Made by a program: the position numbers and the translations under genes | The notes under the pieces: generated by a model | What the model was told of the DNA's origin: nothing | Seen by the model: only the letters and a program-made list of their open reading frames with translations | The model's database searches: none | Assembly (NCBI GenBank): GCA_000990585.1 | Contig: LBQD01000001.1 | Coordinates: 207,276 to 271,275, forward strand | Origin: Candidatus Moranbacteria bacterium GW2011_GWE2_35_2- | GTDB lineage: Bacteria > Patescibacteriota > Minisyncoccia > Moranbacterales > UBA9337 | Reading direction: 5' to 3' | DNA length: 64,000 nt | Part shown: piece after piece, positions 37,069 through 47,806 of the stretch | How the letters are laid out: every line of letters starts with the position of its first letter | How positions within the stretch are numbered: position 1 is the stretch's first letter

Positions 37069-38001
37069 TTGAATTATGAATTTTCAAAAATAACTATGGA
37101 AATAAAAACAATCTCTGATTCACAAAAAAAATATTTTCAAAAAATTGATTCTTTGGATCTTGAGCTTTTGATTGCGCATACTCTGGAAAAACCGCGGGAA
37201 TTTGTTTTAGCGCACCCAAAGTATGCACTAACACGAGATCAAGAATTGAGAATTGAAAACTATGCAAAACAAAGATTGAATAATGAGCCATTGGCATATA
37301 TTATTGGACACAAAGAATTTTTCGGACTAGATTTTAAAATAAACAAAAACACGCTCATTCCCCGTCCGGAAACAGAACAACTTGTTGAACTCGCGATTCA
37401 AGAAATAAAAAATAAAAGTCAAAAATCAATAATTATCGATGTGGGCACTGGAAGCGGATGCATCATAATCTCAATTGCAAAAAACAATAAGCAAAGAGCA
37501 ATGAACGATGTAAAATTCTATGCAACCGATATTTCCAGTGAAGCATTAAAAATTGCAAAACAAAACGCAACAGCACACGGAGTCGAAAAAAAAATAAAAT
37601 TCCTCCGCGGCAATCTCCTTGCTCCGCTTATTGGAAATTGGAAATTGGAAATTGGAAATTCCAGAATGATAATTCTGGCGAACCTCCCCTACCTCTCAAA
37701 AGAAATATATAATTCCACTTCTCCTGACGTGAAAAACTTTGAACCGAAATCGGCGCTTGTTAGCGCACACGCTGGACTTGCGCATTATGAAAAATTATTC
37801 AAGCAATTAAAAAAATTTCCGGCTGCAAATTGTAAGCTATCGATTATCCTAGAATTCAGTCCGGAACAAAAACCCTTACTGAAAAAAATAATTCCGAAAT
37901 ATTTCCCGAAAGCGGAAATAAAATTCCACAAGGACCTCTGCGGATTGTGGCGAATATGTAAAATCAATATTCTATCTTCACGCAAAAACCCGCTATTTTA
38001 G
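37069..38001 (+). CDS. prmC: Release factor glutamine N5-methyltransferase PrmC (HemK)
   Basis: IIGHKEFFGLDFKINKNTLIPRPETE, DVGTGSGCI motif I, and ANLPYL (an NPPY variant). Contains a heptamer repeat insertion. Confidence 0.75.
   Translation: MNYEFSKITMEIKTISDSQKKYFQKIDSLDLELLIAHTLEKPREFVLAHPKYALTRDQELRIENYAKQRLNNEPLAYIIGHKEFFGLDFKINKNTLIPRPETEQLVELAIQEIKNKSQKSIIIDVGTGSGCIIISIAKNNKQRAMNDVKFYATDISSEALKIAKQNATAHGVEKKIKFLRGNLLAPLIGNWKLEIGNSRMIILANLPYLSKEIYNSTSPDVKNFEPKSALVSAHAGLAHYEKLFKQLKKFPAANCKLSIILEFSPEQKPLLKKIIPKYFPKAEIKFHKDLCGLWRICKINILSSRKNPLF
37631..37658. repeat. (TTGGAAA)x4 heptanucleotide microsatellite inside prmC
   Basis: Four exact tandem copies encoding the extra segment GNWKLEIGN just upstream of the NPPY-like motif. 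Confidence 0.8.
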
Positions 38002-38040
38002 CGGGTTTTTGCTTGAAGAACTAAATGACTTTTTTAAAAG

Positions 38041-38178
<138 letters not shown>

Positions 38179-38674
38179 GTTGTTCCACCTCCTTTTCTTT
38201 AAAAAATTTCTTCCGGCATTTTTGCCATTGAAACTTTTAATTTTAATTTTTATTTTTATCTTAATCTCTCAAATTTTAATTTTTATTTTTGCGCCGTATT
38301 AAAAATATTTTTTTATAAAATAATTTATATTTTTATCTATCATAATTATAGAACATATATATTTTTATGCAAGTGTTTTTTGTAAATTTTTTGTAAAATA
38401 TTTTTCAATAACATTTTTTATCTTACTTTAATAAAAAATAATTTTTTATTAAAAATTATGATGACCAATTTTAAAAAAAATAAAATCCACGCATATTTTA
38501 AAATGGCACAAAAATATGTATTTGTCCAGTGTTGACTATCTGGCTATGTAAAGTTAAAATTAAAAGACAAAGTTGGTCGAAAAGTTACACCCGCAAAATT
38601 CGGGCCAGCTTCAACGAAAGCTGAACCTTAACAATTAAACATCTCTACTTAAAAGAGATACTCTAGAGAGGAAG

Positions 38675-39340
38675 GTGAACAATATGGAAGAAAATCAAAA
38701 CCAAGAAGATGAATTTTCAGAAAAACAATCCGAATTAAAATCATGGCTACAAGAAAATTTGCGCATCATCATTAGTATTGCGATTGTAATAATAATCGCC
38801 GGAGGAATTTATTCTTATGCAAAAAGATCGCAAATCGACAACGAATCGATCGCCCCGGAAGAAGATCAATTATCTTTTGACGAAGAATTGGAGAATATCG
38901 ACAACGAAAACGACAATGACGTCATTGAAGAAGATACTGTCGTAATTGATGAAACAAAAACTGAACCAGTAAAAGATAGTGGCGAAGAAAACGAAGCAGC
39001 GAAACAAGAAAAAACATCCCCGAGCGAAACAAGCAAGGAAACTGATGGATCATTCATCCAAACCGCGCAAAAAGGAGAAGGACTCACTCATTTAGCAAGA
39101 AGAGCTTTGGCTAATTATCTGGAAAAAAATCCTGATTCTCAGCTCACAACGGAACACAAAATTTATATCGAGGATTATTTAAGAAAAAATGTCGATTATA
39201 AAGGAAGGGTATTCGTTGGATCATCGGCCGAATTCTCCAAAGATCTCATCAAGCAAGCAATCGAGCAATCCAAAAAACTCAACGATAATCAATTGAAAAA
39301 TCTGCAAAAATACTCAGCTTTGGTACCTTCATTATCTTGA
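38675..39340 (+). CDS. Membrane-anchored protein with an acidic linker, unknown function
   Basis: Single TM helix IISIAIVIIIAGGIY after an acidic N-terminus. 221 aa. Preceded by an SD-like gagaggaagg. Confidence 0.45.
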   Translation: MNNMEENQNQEDEFSEKQSELKSWLQENLRIIISIAIVIIIAGGIYSYAKRSQIDNESIAPEEDQLSFDEELENIDNENDNDVIEEDTVVIDETKTEPVKDSGEENEAAKQEKTSPSETSKETDGSFIQTAQKGEGLTHLARRALANYLEKNPDSQLTTEHKIYIEDYLRKNVDYKGRVFVGSSAEFSKDLIKQAIEQSKKLNDNQLKNLQKYSALVPSLS

Positions 39341-39374
39341 TCCAAACTGACTTCATTATCTTGATCCAAACTGA
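39327..39374. repeat. 24-bp tandem direct repeat x2 spanning the stop codon of the 38675..39340 gene
   Basis: cttcattatcttgatccaaactga occurs twice consecutively. Confidence 0.6.
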
Positions 39375-39409
39375 AATGAAATAAATTCAAAATGTTCCTT
39401 TAATAAAAA

Positions 39410-39446
39410 CACAAAAACCCCGCAACAGCGGGGTTTTTGTGTTTTT
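39410..39446. terminator. Bidirectional rho-independent terminator
   Basis: acaaaaa ccccgc aaca gcgggg tttttgtgttttt: a GC stem with A-run and T-run flanks, between convergent genes. Confidence 0.65.
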
Positions 39447-39906
39447 ATTCATAGATCATTGAGATCTCATCACCCACTTTTATTTTGTATTTATCCAATA
39501 ATCCTGCCGGAATTTCTAAAACACTATCAATGTTATTTGGAGGAAAAATAACTTCAGAAAAATTTTTAGCGATATTTTTATTCACATATACAATCCTATT
39601 ATCCAAAATCCAAACAAAATCAAGTGGAAAATTCATATCCTTCATCCAAAATCCGTATTTTCCGGGTTTGGAAAATTCAAAAAGCATTCCGCAATTTAAA
39701 CATAATTCCTCTCTTCCGGAAAGCCCTTTTTCTTTTTCATTTTTCGAACGCACTACTTCCACCATAAACACCTCGCCACCCATAATTACTTCTCGTCGAC
39801 GCGAATTTTCAGAAAATTTATTTTCCAAAAGAACACACCCCGCAACAAAAATAATTCCGAAAAAAATAAATTTGATAAATTTTATTTTATTTTTTGATAA
39901 TTTCAT
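39445..39906 (-). CDS. DUF192 (COG1430) domain protein
   Basis: N-terminal signal/TM segment. GLSGREELCLNCGMLFEF...GFWMKDMNFPLDFVWI matches the DUF192 core. Confidence 0.6.
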   Translation of the reverse strand: MKLSKNKIKFIKFIFFGIIFVAGCVLLENKFSENSRRREVIMGGEVFMVEVVRSKNEKEKGLSGREELCLNCGMLFEFSKPGKYGFWMKDMNFPLDFVWILDNRIVYVNKNIAKNFSEVIFPPNNIDSVLEIPAGLLDKYKIKVGDEISMIYE

Positions 39907-40930
39907 TTCTATTCTTCAATATTCCTGCATCAAAAAAAAGCATCATAATCAAAGTAAGCAAAAAAACCGAAAAAATAACTACGATTTTGCCAAATGAGCG
40001 AATATTAAAAGAAATAATCACAACAATCCCAGTAACTACATAAAAGAAAAGCGCTATTTTCTTTTGCGACCAACCTAATTCAAGAAAGCGATGATGCAAA
40101 TGGCGTCTGTCGGAAGAAAATATTGATTTTCCCAACCTGATTCTTTTCCAAATCACCCATCCGAAATCCGCCAAAGGAAGCGACATTACCAACAGAGTGG
40201 TGGCAATTTTTGCTCCGGAAAAAATAGCCATTACTGCAAGAATAAATCCCATAAAAATAGACCCGCTTGTCCCTGCTATTATTTTTGACGGACTGAAATT
40301 AAAAATCAAAAATCCCATGATTGATCCCGCCAAGACAGATGCCATTATCGCCATCGGCGGCTGATTAACTTCCGGTTTAAGACTCACAAAAATTATCGCA
40401 ATCGACCCTAAAAGTGTTATTCCTCCACTTACACCATCAACTCCATCAAACCAGTTCATTGAATTCATAATTACAACCATCCAAATTATTCCGAGCAATA
40501 AACTCGCAATCGAAAAATCTCCACTACCGATTTCAATGATACCGCCAAAAGGGTTGGTGATATATTCAATATGCACATCAAAAATAAAAATCAATATTGA
40601 AGCGCATATCTGAAAAAAAAGTTGCTTCTTCCAACTAAGACCCAAGAAATCATCCAAAACTCCAAAAATCAAAATAACAATAGATGATATTATCACTCCC
40701 TTCATTGGAAGAGTAATAACCAAATTTGAATCAAAAATAATTCCGAGAACAAAAGAAATAATAATAGCCACCCCTCCTAATCGCGAAATCCTCCCCGTAT
40801 GAGTATGATGCGCTTGCTTCTTTCCAAGGAATAGAGAAAATTTCTCTGTTAAAAAAACAAAAAGCAATATCAATCCGGATGAAATCAAGAATGTACGCAA
40901 AAACGAAAATAAAAATAATTCATATTCCAT
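39887..40930 (-). CDS. Polyprenyl-phosphate N-acetylhexosamine-1-phosphate transferase (MraY/WecA/TagO family, GT4)
   Basis: Around ten TM helices. Motifs VLDDFLGLSWK, NFSPSKIIAGTSGS and HLHHRFLELGW typical of WecA/MraY. Confidence 0.7.
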   Translation of the reverse strand: MEYELFLFSFLRTFLISSGLILLFVFLTEKFSLFLGKKQAHHTHTGRISRLGGVAIIISFVLGIIFDSNLVITLPMKGVIISSIVILIFGVLDDFLGLSWKKQLFFQICASILIFIFDVHIEYITNPFGGIIEIGSGDFSIASLLLGIIWMVVIMNSMNWFDGVDGVSGGITLLGSIAIIFVSLKPEVNQPPMAIMASVLAGSIMGFLIFNFSPSKIIAGTSGSIFMGFILAVMAIFSGAKIATTLLVMSLPLADFGWVIWKRIRLGKSIFSSDRRHLHHRFLELGWSQKKIALFFYVVTGIVVIISFNIRSFGKIVVIFSVFLLTLIMMLFFDAGILKNRNEIIKK

Positions 40931-40942
40931 AAGACATCAAAT

Positions 40943-42640
40943 CTATTTTTTTATTTTTTCCGTCACCCAAAATTCACCGAAATATTTTTTAATCAGTAGC
41001 CTTGTTTGCGATTCAATTGCAGGCATTGCTCCCAAAGTAGGAGCTATGATTGGAACTAATATCCATTGAAGTATCATATTGATGTATCTTCTCTTTGAGT
41101 ATTTTTTCGGGCGAGGCGGCATCAAAACAAAACTCAATGACATTGATATTATAAGACCCATCATTGCCAAATTCATCAAATAGCGCGTAATAAAAGGCAA
41201 ATTATGTGCCAAAACTTTTTCATTAAAACTTGTTCCTCCAAAAATGAGAGGCATCCATCCTAATATAGCCAGAATAAAAGGCGCAGTCGCCCATGAATGA
41301 TGCCCTTCTAATATTTCAAATGCAGTTTTAATTTTCTTACCCAATCGAATTTTTTTATTCGGCCAAATAGAACGCATAATTACTGGGAAATTTTCAATTC
41401 CATATGCCCAACGTCTTTTTTGTTTATATTGATTTTTTATCGTTTTCCAATATGTTTCCGCCAAAACAGCATCTAGCGAAATCGGAAGATAAATCGGGGA
41501 TACCTGGTAATCCCCATTAAAATATGCAAAACATTTCCAATAAATTATCGAGTCTTCGCTAATCATATTTACCGGCCAAAAACCCACTTTTACCAAAGTA
41601 TCAAAAGGTTCACTATGAGAAGAAAAAGTCACCATTTCATTACGCGTACTCTGATACATATGCCAAAAAGAAGAACTAGTAACAATCACTCGCACAAAAG
41701 CGTTCGTATCCCACAAATTATTATGATACATTGGCAAGGGCTGATATGATCGTTGTAATCTTTTCGGATCGGTAATGTACGCATAAGTAAGCGCGGCAAA
41801 ATATTGCTTATGACAAACACTATCACAATCAAAATTGGAAAAAATAACTTGTTTATGATCTATATTTTTTTCATCCAGATATTTTACTAATTTTTTTGCG
41901 GCATAAGTTGCATTAGAAGCTTTGCATTTCATCTCGTCATCCCTGACTTCATGCGTCGTTACTAAAAAATCACGAAAAACTCCTGCAAATTTATTTTTTA
42001 AATACTCTACTTTTTCCAATCGATGTTTTTCATCCTCTCTTTCCTCAGTAGCAAGAAGAATGATTATCTGCTGATTAGGAAAATTAGTATCGGCAATCGC
42101 CTTGATAGCCGGTTCAATAATTTCTCTTGGCTCTCCTGCTGTTGGAAGCAAAACCACATGTATTATTTTTCTCCAATCCCATATTTCAATCCTGTTTTCT
42201 CGCAAGACGCTAACTTCTTTCAGGTGTCCGACGTATCGACTTATCTCTTTCTTAACTTTCAATCTTTGTCCGAATTTTTCCTTTCCTATCCATCCGATTT
42301 CCTTCAAGCTGTATTTTAGAACGGTTATTTTATCGTTTATTATTTTTATATATGCATCCGGATTTGATATATTTTGACATCGCTCCCACCAATCTATTGC
42401 CTGCCCTTCTTTTAGTTTTCGGTAAGCGACAACGGAATATGTCGATATGTATATTGTACGATAAATCCAATAAATATCAAAAATAATTACAAAAACCGCC
42501 ACCCAGACCGGTAGCAAAAAAGAAAACAAAAACATACCCAATAATGTCGCCCACGTCAAAATTCCGGGAATTACTTCCAATATTCTTTGCACCCTTCTTT
42601 CGTTTGGAATTTCAGTTTTTGGATTTGGAAAAACAAACAT
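40943..42640 (-). CDS. Membrane protein with a putative GT2-like glycosyltransferase domain
   Basis: TM helices at both ends. Central soluble domain with LPTAGEPREIIEPAIKAIADTNFPNQQIIILLATEERED (GT-A fold-like). Weak assignment. Confidence 0.4.
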   Translation of the reverse strand: MFVFPNPKTEIPNERRVQRILEVIPGILTWATLLGMFLFSFLLPVWVAVFVIIFDIYWIYRTIYISTYSVVAYRKLKEGQAIDWWERCQNISNPDAYIKIINDKITVLKYSLKEIGWIGKEKFGQRLKVKKEISRYVGHLKEVSVLRENRIEIWDWRKIIHVVLLPTAGEPREIIEPAIKAIADTNFPNQQIIILLATEEREDEKHRLEKVEYLKNKFAGVFRDFLVTTHEVRDDEMKCKASNATYAAKKLVKYLDEKNIDHKQVIFSNFDCDSVCHKQYFAALTYAYITDPKRLQRSYQPLPMYHNNLWDTNAFVRVIVTSSSFWHMYQSTRNEMVTFSSHSEPFDTLVKVGFWPVNMISEDSIIYWKCFAYFNGDYQVSPIYLPISLDAVLAETYWKTIKNQYKQKRRWAYGIENFPVIMRSIWPNKKIRLGKKIKTAFEILEGHHSWATAPFILAILGWMPLIFGGTSFNEKVLAHNLPFITRYLMNLAMMGLIISMSLSFVLMPPRPKKYSKRRYINMILQWILVPIIAPTLGAMPAIESQTRLLIKKYFGEFWVTEKIKK

Positions 42641-42656
42641 ATTTATATATATTATT

Positions 42657-43070
42657 TTAATAGTTAATCAATATCATTGAAATACTGGCAATAATAATTC
42701 CTACTTCAACAAAAAGAGATGCTAGCATCAGACAATAAGCGCCAATTCTTTCTTCTTGTTGATAAAAATACTTCGCCAAAAAAATATTAATTAACGCGAA
42801 AAACACTCCCATCACTGGCATTATATATATTTGCCACCAATCCCCAATCAAATCAACGCCAAAATACACATTATAATGCAAAATTACGAGAGAAGATGTT
42901 TTTTTTATAAAAATTGAAAGGATAATGAAACTTACCGCATTCAAAAATAAAATTATAGCCAAAAGAAAAAAAACGATCGGATTCTTGAAAAAATCCCCAT
43001 AAAAAAATGTCTTTAATTTGGAAAAAAAATATTCCCTCAAATTGTTTTCATTTTTTAATCCTTTCAACAA
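42657..43070 (-). CDS. Small membrane protein, unknown
   Basis: 137 aa with hydrophobic helices. The start is uncertain and overlaps the upstream gene by about 23 nt. Confidence 0.35.
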   Translation of the reverse strand: MLKGLKNENNLREYFFSKLKTFFYGDFFKNPIVFFLLAIILFLNAVSFIILSIFIKKTSSLVILHYNVYFGVDLIGDWWQIYIMPVMGVFFALINIFLAKYFYQQEERIGAYCLMLASLFVEVGIIIASISMILINY

Positions 43071-43650
43071 AACGCTTCAACTTTGGCAACTTATTTATTA
43101 CCTCATCATGCGGACCTTCAAGAAAATCGAGTAAGAATCGATCCAGCATATCCAATCGATATTTTAATTCCTCACTGCTAACCAAAACGTAACGAATCTC
43201 CTTTCCGATTTCCGCCTCTAAGCTTCCCATTAGCTTTTTCAACTTACTCTTGCTTACATCATCCGCCGCCAAAATCATATCCGCCTTACTTTTTGGATAA
43301 TTCAAAAAAACTCCGCTAATAAGAACCATCTTTACATTTCCAACACTGCCTATTTTTTTCAAGCTTTTACATTGAGGAAACACATTAGCCTTAGAAATCA
43401 AGCTTTTCAATTCGGGATAAAATGGAAAACTTATATTTGCAAAATAATTTTTTTTACCTTTTTTATTCCTTTCGGTTAAAAATTTTATTTTCACGAGATT
43501 ATTAATTTCACGCCTAACCTCACTACTTTTCAAAAGATTCCTTTTTGTAATATCATCCACCGAAAAAACTTCCCCGGGATTAAGTAAAAAAAATCTAATT
43601 ATTCTCGTTTTAGCCTTAGAACCAAACAAATTCTCCAATATTTCTGACAT
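43048..43650 (-). CDS. Hypothetical protein, possible N-terminal winged-helix
   Basis: 200-aa ORF with a KAKTRIIRFFLLNPGEVFSVDDITKRNLLKSSEVRREINNLVKIKFL wHTH-like segment. Confidence 0.4.
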   Translation of the reverse strand: MSEILENLFGSKAKTRIIRFFLLNPGEVFSVDDITKRNLLKSSEVRREINNLVKIKFLTERNKKGKKNYFANISFPFYPELKSLISKANVFPQCKSLKKIGSVGNVKMVLISGVFLNYPKSKADMILAADDVSKSKLKKLMGSLEAEIGKEIRYVLVSSEELKYRLDMLDRFLLDFLEGPHDEVINKLPKLKRFVERIKK

Positions 43651-43820
43651 ATTTTTTTATAAATTATACTCATCACATAGCCTACTTGCGCTAAATTAGC
43701 TCAATATAAAATAAATTAAACTAAACTTGATATTAAGCTAAAACAAGTATAATATCAATGATACAAAAAGTAAACCCCTTTCTTACAATGCGTTTTTTTG
43801 TTATAATATAAAAAACCATT

Positions 43821-46046
43821 ATGGAAAAAATAAAATCTAAAAAAAAGAAAATTCGAAAAATGGAAAAAATTGTCTCCAATATCTTAGTCGTGAGCGATCA
43901 CGAACTAAAACCCTATATTGAAATGCTCGACTACGCCCCGGAAAACATTACCCATAAATCACTAGGGAGACTTTTGGGGTTTTTTGAAATTAAGGATGAG
44001 AATGAAGATTCTGCTTACATTGTTAACTTTCTCGCTTCAGTAGCAAAGAAAGAATATTTCATCAACACCAAGAGAGGTCCGATAGAAAGTTTTGAAGCAG
44101 CGCTAAACAAGATAAATTTAGCATTAGCTGAAATCGCCAAACATGGAAACGTTAACTGGTTAGGAAAACTTGATAGTGCCCTATGCGCAATAGAAGAAAA
44201 CAATTTACATTTTAGCGTTTCAGGAAACGGAAAAGTACTTCTAATGAGAAACGGGAATTTAACCGAGATAAGTCAAGGACTTGCAGAAAAAGATAGTACC
44301 GGACCAGATTATCTCAATCCAATGAAAACTTTTGTAAACGTTTCTAGCGGACGACTTGAAGATAAAGATAAAATCATTATAACAACAGACGACATTTTCC
44401 AAATTTTTTCCTTAAATGAACTCAAAAGAGGAGCTTTGCAATTTTCACAAGAAAAATTCATTCAGTTCATTAAAACTGCGCTTATTAACGAACTTGACAT
44501 CGCCGGCACTATAATAATAGACATCCGCAGAAAAATCATAGAAGCAAAAGAATCCGTTTCTTTTGCTCAAAAAATGGTCGCCGAGGAAAATGAAAAAGAA
44601 CTAAATGTTTTTAGCAGTAAGATATTTGAAGAAAAAAACAATAAAAAAAACGCCTCCGGAAAAATAAACGATACAAGTAAGTCTGTCGAAAAAGAAAACA
44701 ACCATGAGAATAAAATTGAATATACCGATGAGAAAACCAAACATATATACCTAAAAGAAGATCCGATAGAAATTCCCGTAAAAAAAGAAATAATTGAACC
44801 ACTCAAAGAATTTTTACGAGAAAAATTTCTTGATTTTTCCTATTGGTTAAAAAACGATTTCAGAAGATTGGCGTTGCAAACAACAAAAAAAATGGTTTTC
44901 AACTACGAAAAATATTCACAAATTTTAAAAAAAATAATCTTGCGAACAATCTCACAATGGAAAGAAAAAAAGGAATCCAATCCCATCTCCCATCAAAATT
45001 ATTTTCCGGAAAAAAACACATCCGCAGTAAAAATAAAAACTTTTTTCTCTCTTTTCCGAAAAATAAAATCAAACGTCAGAATTACTATTCCAAATTTTGG
45101 AAAAATAAAATTAATTATCCGAAAAATGACCTATTCGCAAAGGATTTATTCGCTACTCATACTCCTTATAATAATAATTCTACCGCTCTTTTTCCGAAAT
45201 AACCCGCAGACTCTTCCTGATACTCCGCGAGAAATTGAAACAAACGTATTATCTTTCGCATTAAGTGAAGAAAAAAACATCCAACCAATTGATTTGACAA
45301 AAAAAATATTTTTTTCAGAAAAATCCCACCTATTAACGGTCGAATCGGACGGCCGATTATTTTTCGTTTTTGATGATAAAATAATTGAATTTACACCAGA
45401 AAACAATCAAGAATCCGCTTCTTTTAATCTTCCGGAATTTGGCTCAAAAGCAGAAATAGCAACTTTTATGCCGGACTTGCATCTAATTTTAATTTTAACC
45501 GAACAAAAAAAAGTAATCAGCTTTAATACGATTTCAAGAAAATTCCAGCAAACAAATTTTACCGCTCCGGAAGGTGCGCAAATCGCAGATATGGAAACAT
45601 ATCTTACTTATCTGTATTTACTCGACAGCGCCAATGACCAAGTATATATTTATCCACGAGCCGAAGGAGGGTTTAGCGAAAAAGAATCCCGCCTCAAAGA
45701 GACATTCGATATTCAATTATCTGATAATATGACTATTGATGGAAATATATACATATCTTCCGAAGAAAAAATCCTAAGCTTCTTTCAAGGGAAAAAGACA
45801 GGGTTTAATCTGGAACAATCAAAAACCCCGATAAAAAACAATCTGATATTTACCTCTCAAATGAATAATTTTATTTATTCTGTTGATAAAGAAAACGGGC
45901 GCTTGATAAAATTTACAAAAAAAGGAGAGATCGCCAAACAATATTACTCGGAAAAAATAAAATTAACGGAGAATTTTACTGTCAACAATGCTGATACAAA
46001 AGCATACATCTCGATACCGGATGGAATTTATCAACTTGATATCTAA
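43821..46046 (+). CDS. Large hypothetical protein: N-terminal cytoplasmic domain, one TM helix, C-terminal extracytoplasmic repeat region
   Basis: 741 aa. TM segment YSLLILLIIIILPLFF in the middle. Very Lys-rich. No confident domain assignment. Confidence 0.45.
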   Translation: MEKIKSKKKKIRKMEKIVSNILVVSDHELKPYIEMLDYAPENITHKSLGRLLGFFEIKDENEDSAYIVNFLASVAKKEYFINTKRGPIESFEAALNKINLALAEIAKHGNVNWLGKLDSALCAIEENNLHFSVSGNGKVLLMRNGNLTEISQGLAEKDSTGPDYLNPMKTFVNVSSGRLEDKDKIIITTDDIFQIFSLNELKRGALQFSQEKFIQFIKTALINELDIAGTIIIDIRRKIIEAKESVSFAQKMVAEENEKELNVFSSKIFEEKNNKKNASGKINDTSKSVEKENNHENKIEYTDEKTKHIYLKEDPIEIPVKKEIIEPLKEFLREKFLDFSYWLKNDFRRLALQTTKKMVFNYEKYSQILKKIILRTISQWKEKKESNPISHQNYFPEKNTSAVKIKTFFSLFRKIKSNVRITIPNFGKIKLIIRKMTYSQRIYSLLILLIIIILPLFFRNNPQTLPDTPREIETNVLSFALSEEKNIQPIDLTKKIFFSEKSHLLTVESDGRLFFVFDDKIIEFTPENNQESASFNLPEFGSKAEIATFMPDLHLILILTEQKKVISFNTISRKFQQTNFTAPEGAQIADMETYLTYLYLLDSANDQVYIYPRAEGGFSEKESRLKETFDIQLSDNMTIDGNIYISSEEKILSFFQGKKTGFNLEQSKTPIKNNLIFTSQMNNFIYSVDKENGRLIKFTKKGEIAKQYYSEKIKLTENFTVNNADTKAYISIPDGIYQLDI

Positions 46047-47632
46047 TTCTCAATCAACGAATTCAAATTCATTTCCTTGGGCTTTTTTACTTGCATAATA
46101 TCCAGAATTGTCGGCGCGATATTTCCAAGCACTCCGCCTTTTTTCAATTTTTTATTTTTAAATTTTTCACCAACAATCACAAAAGGAACGACGTTTTTTG
46201 TATGAAAAGTATGTTTTCTTTTTTCTTTGTCAATTTTGTCAACCATAACTTCGGCGTTTCCATGATCTGCTGTTATCACAATATTCCCGTCCACTTTCAA
46301 AATTTCAACTACGATATTTTCCAATTGCCTGTCAACAAACTCTGCCGCTTTGATTGTCGCTTTGATGTCTCCCGTATGCGCCACCATATCCGCATTGGCA
46401 AAATTAATTGCGATAAAATCATACGCCTTATTTTTTATAGCCACCACTACCTTATCGGCAATTTTTTTTGCTGACATTTGCGGACAATCAACATATGAAT
46501 CAATAATCGGCGATGGAACCATAAACCAATCCTCGCCATCCACGGGATCCGGATAGCCGCCATTGAAAAAATATGTAATGTGGGCATATTTTTCACTCTC
46601 AGCAATATACATTTGTTTTTTTCCATTTAGTACCATCGGAAGAGTCGCCTCAAGCGTTCTTCCTGGAAAAGCCGTATGAATATCCAAATCCGGTCCAAAA
46701 TCTGTCATTGCGACAAAATACAAATTTTCCAAATGATCAATAATCGGCATATCATCAGCCAACGCCCGATCTCTGTTCACTGCGACAAAGAGCTTGGAAA
46801 ATTGACGTGCCCGATCAGAACGTAAATTATAGAAAATAATACTGTCATTTTTCTTTAATTTAATTATTGGTTTTTCATTTTCAAAAATAACTGTCGGTAA
46901 AATATATTCATCCGTCAAATTATTTTTATACGCATTTCTAATCGCTTCTTCCGGACTGTTCGCTTTTTGACCAAGTGAAAAAACAATTGCGTCATAGGCA
47001 AGCGCCAGACGCTTCCAATTCTTTGCCCGATCCATTGCATAAAATCTTCCAGAGATTGTCGCTATTTTTCCAATTCCTTCCTGACGGATGATCTCTTGAA
47101 AATTTTTCAATTGATCCAATGCGCTTTTGGGATATGAATCCCTACCATCAGTAAACAAATGGCAATATACTTCTTCTATTCCATTTCTTTTTGCCAATTG
47201 CAACAACGCACGAAAATGCTCTGGATTGCTGTGCGGACTGTCAACATCACTCATTAGTCCCATAATGTGAAAATTTCCTTTGTTTATTTTTGTATGTCGC
47301 ACCGCGCCTATTAGAATAGGATTTTCAAAAAAAGATTTATTTTTAATACTTTCACTAATAAAATGAGAATCTTGCGCCACAACTCTGCCGGCGCCGATGT
47401 TCATATGTCCGGCCTCAGATCCACTCATTTGATTATCATCCAGTCCGACATTTTTTCCTGTCGCTTCCAATGTCGTAAAAGGATATTTTTTAAAAATTTC
47501 ATCCAAAAAAGGAGTTTTCGCCAAATAAATAGCATTACCCTCGGAAGGCGGAGCAATCCCCCACCCATCCAAAATAATCAAAACTGTCGGAGCCTTTTTC
47601 CCGCCAATTATTTTTTTCAAAAAATTCATCAT
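46043..47632 (-). CDS. gpmI: 2,3-bisphosphoglycerate-independent phosphoglycerate mutase
   Basis: VLIILDGWGIAPPSEGNAI N-terminus. Metalloenzyme core HTGDI and ITADHGN. Start set at the MMNFLKK methionine. Confidence 0.85.
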   Translation of the reverse strand: MMNFLKKIIGGKKAPTVLIILDGWGIAPPSEGNAIYLAKTPFLDEIFKKYPFTTLEATGKNVGLDDNQMSGSEAGHMNIGAGRVVAQDSHFISESIKNKSFFENPILIGAVRHTKINKGNFHIMGLMSDVDSPHSNPEHFRALLQLAKRNGIEEVYCHLFTDGRDSYPKSALDQLKNFQEIIRQEGIGKIATISGRFYAMDRAKNWKRLALAYDAIVFSLGQKANSPEEAIRNAYKNNLTDEYILPTVIFENEKPIIKLKKNDSIIFYNLRSDRARQFSKLFVAVNRDRALADDMPIIDHLENLYFVAMTDFGPDLDIHTAFPGRTLEATLPMVLNGKKQMYIAESEKYAHITYFFNGGYPDPVDGEDWFMVPSPIIDSYVDCPQMSAKKIADKVVVAIKNKAYDFIAINFANADMVAHTGDIKATIKAAEFVDRQLENIVVEILKVDGNIVITADHGNAEVMVDKIDKEKRKHTFHTKNVVPFVIVGEKFKNKKLKKGGVLGNIAPTILDIMQVKKPKEMNLNSLIEN

Positions 47633-47674
47633 AAAGTAATTATACCACAAAATATCTATATGCTCATTGTTAAA

Positions 47675-47710
47675 CAAAAAACATCCCAGTTATCAAATAA
47701 TTGGGATGTT
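47675..47710 (-). terminator. Rho-independent terminator downstream of the HExxH gene
   Basis: On the minus strand: aacatcccaattatttgataactgggatgtt followed by TTTTTT. Confidence 0.5.
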
Positions 47711-47806
47711 TAAGGGTGGCTATAATTAGTTTTTTGCCTGCCCGCCCTTAGAAGAAATGCCGAAATTTAAAACTCTTTACCATAAATCAAAGCGACCCTA
47801 TAAATA

